The notes below the pieces were generated by a model, which did no database searches, was not told the DNA's origin, and was given only the letters and a program-made list of their open reading frames with translations. A program made the translations under genes and the position numbers. Below, one piece after another: positions 25,394 to 32,000 of a stretch of DNA of 32,000 nt (the stretch's first letter is position 1; each line of letters starts with the position of its first letter). The DNA is from an uncultured Phycisphaeraceae bacterium (lineage in GTDB: Bacteria > Planctomycetota > Phycisphaerae > Phycisphaerales > Phycisphaeraceae), in assembly GCA_964605235.1 (NCBI GenBank), contig CAZSBB010000001.1, positions 68,841-100,840 of the forward strand. The letters run 5' to 3'.

Positions 25394-26200
25394 TCAGTAC
25401 GACGTGCCCGCGGCGTAGCTGAGTTCCCACCAGCGGGCGTTCCAGAAGCGGCTGGCGGTGTTGGCGTAGTAGGTGAAGCTGAGGGGGATCAGCGCACCGT
25501 GGCCGTCGAGGAAAACGAAATTGGTGGTTTCGCCGGGGTGGCGGGGATCGACTTCGTAGTTGGTGCTGTAGGGAAAGCGTTCGCCGATCAGGTAGGTGGA
25601 ATTGCTGACGCCCCCGGTGTCGCCGAGCATGACGGTCTGGCTGTGGGGCGAGCGGATGTCGTCGGGCCGAAAGCTGTACATGCGCTGTTTGGCGGCGATG
25701 CCCGCGCCGTCGCGCAGGGAATACAGCGTGCGGGCGGTGCCCCAGGCTTCCTTGTAGAACTGGTAGTTGACGCCGTAGCTCGTGTAGCGGTTGGTCGCCA
25801 GGTATTCGCCGCAGGCGTGCACTCCGGAGTGCCAGATGGTGCCGCTGGTGAAGGTCTTGCTCGGCGCCGGCAGGTAGTTCCGCCGCACCAGCGTATAGGG
25901 CCAGGGCACAGCTTCGCCCGCGGGCAGAGCGTAGGTCTGCACCACAGCTGCGGAGGCGTCGATCCGCGCGACCGGGTTTTCGGGATACAAGGGCGGAATC
26001 CGCTCGGTGAAGTCGCCGGCGTAGACATTCACCGCCTGCCCGTACTGCCGCAGGTTGCTGGCGCAGGCGATCATGCGCCCGGCGGCGCGGGCCTGCTGCA
26101 ACGCGGGCAACAGCATGGCGATCAGCAGCGTGATGATGGAGATCACCACCAACAGCTCGATGAGCGTGAACCCACGCCTCCGGGAATACCGGTCGTTCAT
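25394..26200 (-). CDS. DUF1559-type protein with prepilin-type N-terminal cleavage/methylation domain (pseudopilin-like)
   Basis: [38 protein letters not shown] is the class III signal G/FTLIE. A C-terminal [14 protein letters not shown] resembles the H-X9-DG motif. ATG 26200 is preceded by AGGAGA. The listed ORF has a 30-codon extension. Confidence 0.85.
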   Translation of the reverse strand: MNDRYSRRRGFTLIELLVVISIITLLIAMLLPALQQARAAGRMIACASNLRQYGQAVNVYAGDFTERIPPLYPENPVARIDASAAVVQTYALPAGEAVPWPYTLVRRNYLPAPSKTFTSGTIWHSGVHACGEYLATNRYTSYGVNYQFYKEAWGTARTLYSLRDGAGIAAKQRMYSFRPDDIRSPHSQTVMLGDTGGVSNSTYLIGERFPYSTNYEVDPRHPGETTNFVFLDGHGALIPLSFTYYANTASRFWNARWWELSYAAGTSY

Positions 26201-26274
26201 GGTGCTGTCTCCTGGGTCGGCACGGACGCCATGGGCATCATAAACCGCGGATGGTTCGGCTCCGTGACGAAGCA

Positions 26275-26309
26275 TTATCTTTAGTAGCAATGAACTTATC
26301 CTTTATGCG
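26275..26309 (-). promoter_or_regulatory. copy 1 of a 35-nt bipartite motif (TTATCTTTA-N18-TTTATGC on the plus strand)
   Basis: TTATCTTTAGTAGCAATGAACTTATCCTTTATGCG. Lies 75-109 nt upstream of the DUF1559 start. Matches 27556..27590 at 22/35, with an exact 9-mer and an exact 7-mer at identical spacing. Confidence 0.45.
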
Positions 26310-27529
26310 ATGCTGTCGGCGGTGCGCGGCGCGGCCAGCGGCGGAACCGTGGCCGGAGCCCCGTCCTGCGGGCCCGCATCCACCACCCACAAGCTGCGTT
26401 CCCCGGGCGTCGAGGTGTTGAAGTAAGCCCGCTGACCATCGCGCGACCAGGTCGGGTGCAGATGACAGGCGCGGTTGCTGTAGTCCGGCTGACTGACCTG
26501 CGCCAGCACCTGAAAATCCTGGTGCGCCACGTCGTACGCCACCACTGCTCCCAAAGGCTTATGCGGCCAGTTGGTGAGATCCACCACGATGCGCGTGCCG
26601 TCGTGGTTCACACAGGCGTGTTTGCCCAGCATGCGTTCGATCAGAGTCCAGCGGGCGCCGGTGTCGGGATCAAATGCGGTCAGGTCCTGCCCGCGATCGG
26701 GGCGATTGACGAAAGTGCAGATGATCGGCCGCCCGCTGCGGGGATCAACACCCCACATCGGATGATGCGCCTCCTCGCCGGCGTAGCGCAGGTTGCCGCC
26801 GTCGGCGTCGGCGACGAACACCGCGTGGACCCCTTCGCCTGGCTGCTGAAGCCGCGTCAGCGGGCTGGTGTTGCTCGCCATGACGAAGAACCGCGCCCCA
26901 TCGGGCGCCCACTTGGTATGCATGAACGCCAGATGCTCACTGCCGGGGAAGCTCACGCCCAGCGGGTGCAGACGCATCGCCTGCTCGAGCGTGAACAGCG
27001 GCGTCAGCCGGCCGGCGGTCAGTTCCATCCGGCATACGGTGTCATCCAGATGGCGCGCCGGCGGGTCATAATCATGGCTGGTGGTCAGGCCGACGGGCGC
27101 CGTGGGGCTGAGCATGCGCAGCGCCCCAGCCATTTCCCGCTGCGTGCCGTCGGTCAGCGACACCAGCACGGTGCGCAGGCTGCCCGGCGCACCATCGCAA
27201 AAGGCAATCGTGTCATCATCCACCCAAAGCTGTCGCGCCCCGGCATGGCGCTCGGCGTGTTCGAGCCGGGCGACCTGGCGCGTCATCCCGGTGGCGACCT
27301 CCACCACGCACACCGTCCCCGGCACGTCGACCAGCGGAACTTCCGGGGGGCGGTCGAACGCCACATACACCACCCGCCGGCCGTCGGGGCTTTCGGGGCA
27401 GACGTCGTAGTAGAAGTGGATCGCATGCACGCCCGGAGGCGTCAATCGCGTCAGCTTGCGCACTGCAGTCATGCCTGTTCCCTGTATGGACGAGCCGGTG
27501 GGTCCGGCGGCGATTTCATGGTACGGCAT
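26303..27529 (-). CDS. beta-propeller protein (TolB/PD40-like; oligogalacturonate-lyase-like by eye)
   Basis: Recurrent blade signatures: CPESPDGRRVVYVAF, KWAPDGARFFVMAS, VNHDGTRIVVDL, HPTWSRDGQRAYFNT. No signal peptide. An alternative start is 27472 (MTAVRKL). Confidence 0.6.
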   Translation of the reverse strand: MPYHEIAAGPTGSSIQGTGMTAVRKLTRLTPPGVHAIHFYYDVCPESPDGRRVVYVAFDRPPEVPLVDVPGTVCVVEVATGMTRQVARLEHAERHAGARQLWVDDDTIAFCDGAPGSLRTVLVSLTDGTQREMAGALRMLSPTAPVGLTTSHDYDPPARHLDDTVCRMELTAGRLTPLFTLEQAMRLHPLGVSFPGSEHLAFMHTKWAPDGARFFVMASNTSPLTRLQQPGEGVHAVFVADADGGNLRYAGEEAHHPMWGVDPRSGRPIICTFVNRPDRGQDLTAFDPDTGARWTLIERMLGKHACVNHDGTRIVVDLTNWPHKPLGAVVAYDVAHQDFQVLAQVSQPDYSNRACHLHPTWSRDGQRAYFNTSTPGERSLWVVDAGPQDGAPATVPPLAAPRTADSIA

Positions 27530-27555
27530 CCGACTCGCTGCCCCAGCAAAATTGG

Positions 27556-27590
27556 TTATCTTTACTGATGAGATTCTTTCCGTTTATGCC
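27556..27590 (-). promoter_or_regulatory. copy 2 of the 35-nt bipartite motif, in the AraC/propeller divergent spacer
   Basis: TTATCTTTACTGATGAGATTCTTTCCGTTTATGCC. Ends 3 nt before the AraC ATG (27593). Lies 27-61 nt upstream of propeller start 27529, or 84-118 nt upstream of 27472. Confidence 0.45.
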
Positions 27591-27592
27591 CA

Positions 27593-28495
27593 ATGGACAT
27601 ATCCATGAAATCGCCCCCTCTGGTGCTGGCGGACCTGCAGTTCAGCCGCTGTCAGTATCGCCTACGCCAGCCGGGCTGGACCTATCCGCCGGCGTACCAC
27701 CGCGACCTGTGGGAAATCTATGTGTGCTGGCAGGGACAATTCGAAGTCGGACAGCGCGGCCGGGCGACCGTCATCACCGCGCGCCAGGCGCTGGTCATTC
27801 CGCCGGGGCGCGCCCATGACGCGCGGGTGCTGGGCGAAGACCCCGCGCTGATCGGGATCATCCTGTTTCGCGCCCGCTGTCCGCGCCTGCGCCGTCGCGC
27901 CTTTGCCGCGCTGCCCCTGGCGGGACGCCGACTGGACCGGCTGCGGCAGTTCATGAACGAGCGCGGCCACGACGCCACCGCCGCCCAGCGACGTCTCGCC
28001 CTGCTGACCCTGTTTCTCCTCGATCTGGCGGAACCCGCCGCCCCGCCCACGACGCCGCACGCCCATCGGCTGCAGATGCTCGCGCCTTACGCTCAAGACC
28101 CGCTGGTGGAGCGCGTGCTCGAACATCTGCTGGAACGGCTGCCCGATGGCCTGGCGCTGGAGGAACTGGAAACCCGCACCGGTTACGGCGCCAGCCGGCT
28201 GCGCCAACTCTTCCGCCAGCGCACCGGCATGAGCCTGCGCGACGCCATGATGCAGTTGCGCCTGGAAGAAGCGCAGCGCCTGCTGCTGTTCTCGGGGCTG
28301 AAAATCGCCGCCGTCGCCCACATGGTCGGGTTCCGCCAGACCCCCAAATTCAACCAGTTCTTCCGCCGCTGCTGCGGTTGCTCGCCCACGCAGTTCCAGC
28401 GCTCGGGCGTGCGCTTTGGCGAAAAATGGGGCGAGGAAGCCGACCACAATGAAGTGCAGTTGCCCGCCGGCGCGTTACGTCGCCCGCGCCGCTGA
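27593..28495 (+). CDS. AraC family transcriptional regulator (cupin-like N-domain plus HTH_18)
   Basis: C-terminal dual HTH: LEELETRTGYGASRLRQLFRQRTGMSLRDAMMQLRLEEAQRLLLFSGLKIAAVAHMVGFRQTPKFNQFFRRCCGCSPTQFQ. The N-domain VIPPGRAHD is cupin-like. An alternative start is 27605. Confidence 0.88.
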   Translation: MDISMKSPPLVLADLQFSRCQYRLRQPGWTYPPAYHRDLWEIYVCWQGQFEVGQRGRATVITARQALVIPPGRAHDARVLGEDPALIGIILFRARCPRLRRRAFAALPLAGRRLDRLRQFMNERGHDATAAQRRLALLTLFLLDLAEPAAPPTTPHAHRLQMLAPYAQDPLVERVLEHLLERLPDGLALEELETRTGYGASRLRQLFRQRTGMSLRDAMMQLRLEEAQRLLLFSGLKIAAVAHMVGFRQTPKFNQFFRRCCGCSPTQFQRSGVRFGEKWGEEADHNEVQLPAGALRRPRR

Positions 28496-29590
28496 CGGCA
28501 GCCGTTCCTGACGCACCAGCACCACGCACCACGCCACCGCGGCGGCATTGAGCACCAGGAACAGCAGGAACCACACCAGCCCGCCGGCTTGCGCCAGCTT
28601 CGCATGCTGGTCGTACAACTGCGTGATGTCGATGGCGCTCAGGCGAATAGCTTCGCGCACCACCGTCATGCCCAGCGTGGTGACGACCCAGCCCAGCGTA
28701 ATCACCGCCATGCTGGGCCACGCGGTTGTCTGCGGCAAACCATTGGCGCGTTTGGCGCGGACAAGAACCAGCAACCAACCCACCGCCTGCACGCCCGCGC
28801 CCAGCAGCGCCGCGAGCAACCACGGCTGCGCCAGCGGACCGGCGATCGTTTCCTGCGTGGCCTCCGGCAGCATCTGGTGATGCCAGCAGGCGCACCCGCC
28901 CGCCAGCAGCAAGCCCACCAGCGCCAGCACCGCCAGCTCACGGGCGCATTGCCCGCTGCGGCGCAACTGCCAGCCGGCGATCAACGCCATCCCCGGCAAC
29001 GCGCCCAGCGCCCACATGCCCAGCCGCGGCCAGAGCAGCGCGTCGTGATACCACATCGAGCGCGAAGCATAAAAGCTGGGCCAGATCCCGCTGTTCAAGC
29101 TCAGCAGGTGGTTCTCCGTCCATGCCCAGGCGGTGTAACCAAAGCACAGGAAGGCGCCGAGCCCCACCAGCGGCGCCGCCCAGCGTAGCCCGGAACCGAC
29201 CTGCCGACTCTTGAGCACATACAGCAGATAGAAACCCACAATCAAAGCGGGCAGCAGCGCCATCCAGCGATGAAACAGGAGCAGATTGGCGCTGTAGAAA
29301 TTCAGCTTGTAGAGCAGTTGCACAAACAGCAACGGCGCCACGCCCGCGGTAATGGCGGCGCCCAGCGCGAAGGGCAACCAGTCACGCAGCAGGGCCGCCA
29401 GCGCGGTGGGCGGCTGAGCGCTGCGGCGTGCTGCCGACCAGGTCGCGCGCTGCAGCGCCCGGCCGGTCACGTAGACAATGCCCGCCAGCACATAGTTCAT
29501 CAGCAGCACATGGATCACCAGCGTCGCCACGTACAGCGTCAGGTACAGGGCGGTCGGCAGCGGAAAACCCAGGGGAAACAGCGTATTCAT
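28475..29590 (-). CDS. polytopic membrane protein (about 9-10 TM), unknown; start overlaps the stop of the bd-like gene
   Basis: 371 aa. Hydrophobic helices throughout (LYLTLYVATLVIHVLLMNYVLAGIVYV, LPALIVGFYLLYVL, and others). The ATGA overlap at 29587..29590 with the upstream gene suggests translational coupling. No motif recognised. Confidence 0.7.
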   Translation of the reverse strand: MNTLFPLGFPLPTALYLTLYVATLVIHVLLMNYVLAGIVYVTGRALQRATWSAARRSAQPPTALAALLRDWLPFALGAAITAGVAPLLFVQLLYKLNFYSANLLLFHRWMALLPALIVGFYLLYVLKSRQVGSGLRWAAPLVGLGAFLCFGYTAWAWTENHLLSLNSGIWPSFYASRSMWYHDALLWPRLGMWALGALPGMALIAGWQLRRSGQCARELAVLALVGLLLAGGCACWHHQMLPEATQETIAGPLAQPWLLAALLGAGVQAVGWLLVLVRAKRANGLPQTTAWPSMAVITLGWVVTTLGMTVVREAIRLSAIDITQLYDQHAKLAQAGGLVWFLLFLVLNAAAVAWCVVLVRQERLPSAARAT

Positions 29591-31074
29591 GGCGTCACCT
29601 CCTGCGGGCGGGAGATGGCTTGACTGATGCGCACCGGCGGCGGAGCACCCTCTGCCCCGCCAGGCGGCGGGGGCGACATCGGCAGCGTGCCGGCTTCATC
29701 GAGCCACTTCTGCAACTGGGCGCGCACCTGTGTGAAATCCGGCTGGGCGCTGCTGTCGGCCCAACTCGGTGGTCGGCCGGCGTCGATCCAGGTGATCCAT
29801 TGCACCACGGCTTCGAGTTCCTCGGGTGAGCCGGCGAACGGCGGCATGAACGGCTTGAGCCGTTGCAGCTTGGCGATGTTCTGCCGCTTCATGTCCAGGG
29901 TCCATGAGCCGGTCAGATGGGTCAGCCCGTTGACGCCTTCGGGGGTATGACAGATCAGACATTGCAGACGGAACACTTTGGCGCCGGTGCGCAGCTGCTC
30001 GGTGGGCAGCAGGTCGCCATCGCGCAGCGGATAGGGATCGTCGGTCACGCTGCCCTGGATCCGCAGCAGCGCCACCTGATCGGGACGGATGGCGTTGGAG
30101 TAAAGCTGATGGCGAATGGTGAAGGGCTTGCGGACGCCTTCGCGGACAAACTCGCCGCCGGCGGTCGCGCCGAAGCCCAGCGCCAGCAGCAGCGTGGCGG
30201 TGGCGCCGTTGATGTAGAGCTTTTGCCGCAGCAGGCCGATCACGGCGTAACCTCCGATCAACACGCTGCACCCGACGGCAAGGGTGAAGAACATGGTCAT
30301 CGCCACGCTGCCGCCGGTGAGCCATTGCTGACTGTCGCGCGGCAGCACGGAGAAGAACCAGCCGCCGAACAGCGGCATCAGCACCATCCCCGCGAGGAAG
30401 TGCGCGGCCCGATTGATCAGCCGGGTGCGGCTGGCGCGGTCGAGTCCGGGCATGGCGTTGATGACCACCATGGCCGCCAAGCCTGCGATGGTGAAGGCGG
30501 CAAAAGTGCGGAAAAACAGCGACGGCCAGAAGCTGGGATTGAAGAAGCCGTCCCACACGCTGCCGGTGTAGGTCCACTGGCCGGGGGTGAGCTGCCAGGA
30601 CAGGATGCCGTTGATCCAGAACAAGCTCATCCACGCGGCGAAGGCATAGAGCAGCAGCAGGCGCATGCGGGCACGATCGGTCAGTTGCGGGCCGCAGCGG
30701 TAGAAGGCGTAGCCGGCAACGATTTCCAGGCAGAAGAAGGTCCACTCGATCGCCCAGACCCAGTGGAACTGGTCGATCATGACGCCGATGGTCCGGGCGC
30801 TGATTTGGATGGTGGTGAACCACATGCCCACGCCGGTGAGCGCGCCGAGCACGAAGCTGATGAGCACGAGGACGCGGAAGAAGCCGTCAAGGAACTGCCG
30901 CGCCAGCGGTTCGCGCTGGGTCTGGGCGAGCCATTGGAAGTAGCACATGAGCCAGCCGCCGCCGATGGCGAACTGGGCGAGGAAGACGTGGAAAATCCCC
31001 AGCCCCCCGATGATCAATCCCTTCATCAGCGGGCCGAAGTCATTGCTGGGATAAAACGGAAAGCTGCTGGTCAT
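29587..31074 (-). CDS. cytochrome bd subunit-I-like membrane domain fused to a C-terminal mono-haem cytochrome c domain
   Basis: 495 aa. TM1 GIFHVFLAQFAIGGG (compare CydA YHFLFVPLT), GALTGVGMWF, and FFCLEIVAGYAFY with a conserved-looking Glu. C-terminal CLICH (CxxCH) at 29947..29961, with KPFMPPF as a likely distal Met. Confidence 0.72.
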   Translation of the reverse strand: MTSSFPFYPSNDFGPLMKGLIIGGLGIFHVFLAQFAIGGGWLMCYFQWLAQTQREPLARQFLDGFFRVLVLISFVLGALTGVGMWFTTIQISARTIGVMIDQFHWVWAIEWTFFCLEIVAGYAFYRCGPQLTDRARMRLLLLYAFAAWMSLFWINGILSWQLTPGQWTYTGSVWDGFFNPSFWPSLFFRTFAAFTIAGLAAMVVINAMPGLDRASRTRLINRAAHFLAGMVLMPLFGGWFFSVLPRDSQQWLTGGSVAMTMFFTLAVGCSVLIGGYAVIGLLRQKLYINGATATLLLALGFGATAGGEFVREGVRKPFTIRHQLYSNAIRPDQVALLRIQGSVTDDPYPLRDGDLLPTEQLRTGAKVFRLQCLICHTPEGVNGLTHLTGSWTLDMKRQNIAKLQRLKPFMPPFAGSPEELEAVVQWITWIDAGRPPSWADSSAQPDFTQVRAQLQKWLDEAGTLPMSPPPPGGAEGAPPPVRISQAISRPQEVTP

Positions 31075-31167
31075 GGCGTCGACTCACCAGACAGCGTGCG
31101 ACGGGAGACACGCGATCAAGCGGTAGCATAGTCAGTCTTGGGGCGTTATCCAGTTGCGTGAAGATGT

Positions 31168-31344
31168 TTTTGCCACGGATGAACGATGATGGATTTGGAG
31201 ATTTGCTGATTTCAGATTTGGTGATTTGCAGCAGGCGGCATCTGGATGAACGTGCCAGTGAATGAGACAGGCGTCGTCACTCGCACATCACCAAATCCCC
31301 AATCAACCCATCAACAAATTCATCATCGTTCATCCGTGGCAAAA
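31168..31344. repeat. 177-bp imperfect palindrome with perfect 24-bp termini, internal GATTTG tandem array and three GGATGAACG copies
   Basis: TTTTGCCACGGATGAACGATGATG (31168..31191) is the exact reverse complement of 31321..31344. In the same register, GATTTGGTGAT (31215..31225) pairs with ATCACCAAATC (31287..31297). Five tandem GATTTG units span 31192..31230. Confidence 0.75.
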
Positions 31345-31380
31345 TATCTGCTGCGTTTTCCGGCAATGGAGTGCTGAGAC

Positions 31381-32000
31381 ATGGTGCAGGTTCCCCGCTG
31401 GCTCGCGGTGTATGGCAATCGGCGGATGGCGGCGCTGGTGGGCCTGGGTTTCGCTTCCGGGTTGCCCGGCGCGTGGGCGCTGTTTGGGACGCCGCTGCAG
31501 GCGTGGCTGCTGGACTGCGGCTATGAAGTCAAACAGGTGACGTTGGTGGGGCTGGTGAGTTTGCCGTTTGCTTTCAACTTCGCCTGGGCGCCGCTGCTGG
31601 ATCGCTTCGCTCCGCCCGTCTTTGGCCCGTTGGGACGCCGGCGGGGTTGGTTGGTGTGGATTCAATTGCTGTTGGCGGTCGGCATCGCCTTGCTGGCGGC
31701 GGTGGGTCCGCGGCAGGCGGGAGACTCCTTGCTGGCGCTGACGCTGGTGGGGCTGGTGGTGGCGACGCTGGCCGCGACGCAGGATGTGTTGTGCGATGCG
31801 TACCGCACGGAGGTGTTGGGTGATGACGAACTGGGCGCGGGCGCGGCGGTGTACGTCAACGGCTACCGCCTGGCGATGCTCGCGGCCGGGGGTGGACTGC
31901 TGTATCTGTCGCACTGGGCGTCGTGGCCGGTGCTGTTTGCCGCGCTGGCGGGGGTGATGGCGTTGTGTCTGCTGGTCACCCTGCTGGCGCCACGCGAGCC
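31381..32000 (+). CDS. ampG: AmpG-family muropeptide MFS transporter, N-terminal fragment running out of the window
   Basis: Not in the ORF track because it has no in-window stop. My translation: MVQVPRWLAVYGNRRMAALVGLGFASGLPGAWALFGTPLQAWLLDCGYEVKQVTLVGLVSLPFAFNFAWAPLLDRFAPPVFGPLGRRRGWLVWIQLLL...ATQDVLCDAYRTEVL. This matches AmpG hallmarks (LGF.SGLP, F.WAPL.DR, LGRRRGW, TQD...DAYR.E). GGAG lies 10 nt upstream. Confidence 0.85.
   Translation, partial: MVQVPRWLAVYGNRRMAALVGLGFASGLPGAWALFGTPLQAWLLDCGYEVKQVTLVGLVSLPFAFNFAWAPLLDRFAPPVFGPLGRRRGWLVWIQLLLAVGIALLAAVGPRQAGDSLLALTLVGLVVATLAATQDVLCDAYRTEVLGDDELGAGAAVYVNGYRLAMLAAGGGLLYLSHWASWPVLFAALAGVMALCLLVTLLAPRE

Noticed and set aside
29696-31131. 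375-aa minus alternative-frame ORF and 404-aa plus-strand ORF across the bd-like gene
   Set aside because: Only the 29587..31074 frame yields coherent TM helices and the CxxCH domain. The others are Arg/Pro/His/Gly-rich.
31192-31230. Possible CRISPR or iteron array (five GATTTG units); also the 12-nt triplication at 11407..11442
   Set aside because: The units are 7-8 nt or 12 nt with no spacers, far too short for CRISPR, and no cas genes are present. I kept them as simple tandem repeats only.
31168-31344. Confident call of the palindromic element as a mobile MITE
   Set aside because: The terminal inverted repeats are perfect. However, I see no target-site duplication and only one copy in the window, so mobility is left as one hypothesis in the findings rather than annotated as a mobile element.
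31262-31540. 92-aa ORF spanning the right arm of the 177-bp palindrome and the ampG start
   Set aside because: It is out of frame with the well-supported ampG reading frame and starts inside the repeat element.

Overview
GC-rich chromosomal segment (about two-thirds G+C by eye, not computed). It is most likely from a Planctomycetota/PVC bacterium: it has a DUF1559-type prepilin protein, very large secreted lyase-like proteins, and many long antisense shadow ORFs typical of high GC. All calls come from reading motifs in the supplied translations and the DNA; no database search was possible. I support 22 protein genes and see no rRNA, tRNA, CRISPR, transposase, integrase or phage genes. Left to right: glycosyltransferase 3' fragment; panC; secreted unknown; ArsS-like radical SAM protein; class I methyltransferase followed by a hybrid histidine kinase with a PilJ/NarX-like sensor; two-unit M16 peptidase; an operon of Zn-ribbon membrane protein, HI0933-type flavoprotein and cytoplasmic heparinase II/III-like protein joined by overlapping or adjacent stop and start codons; YfcE-type phosphoesterase; Ldh_2 oxidoreductase; SRPBCC protein; an NO-stress module (qNOR, RIC, divergent Rrf2 regulator); a minus-strand polysaccharide-lyase-type cluster (beta-propeller, DUF1559 pseudopilin-like, roughly 1380-aa heparinase II/III-like secreted protein, beta-helix protein) with a divergent AraC regulator; a cytochrome bd subunit-I-like protein fused to a cytochrome c domain, overlapping an unknown polytopic partner; and an ampG 5' fragment that is absent from the ORF track. 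The best candidates for something undescribed are (1) the bd-like/cytochrome c fusion pair, (2) the AraC-linked lyase cluster with an embedded pseudopilin-like gene and a 35-nt bipartite motif present twice, (3) a 177-bp palindromic, repeat-laden element upstream of ampG, and (4) the Zn-ribbon/flavoprotein/cytoplasmic lyase operon. Two further long structured inverted-repeat elements sit between convergent genes.
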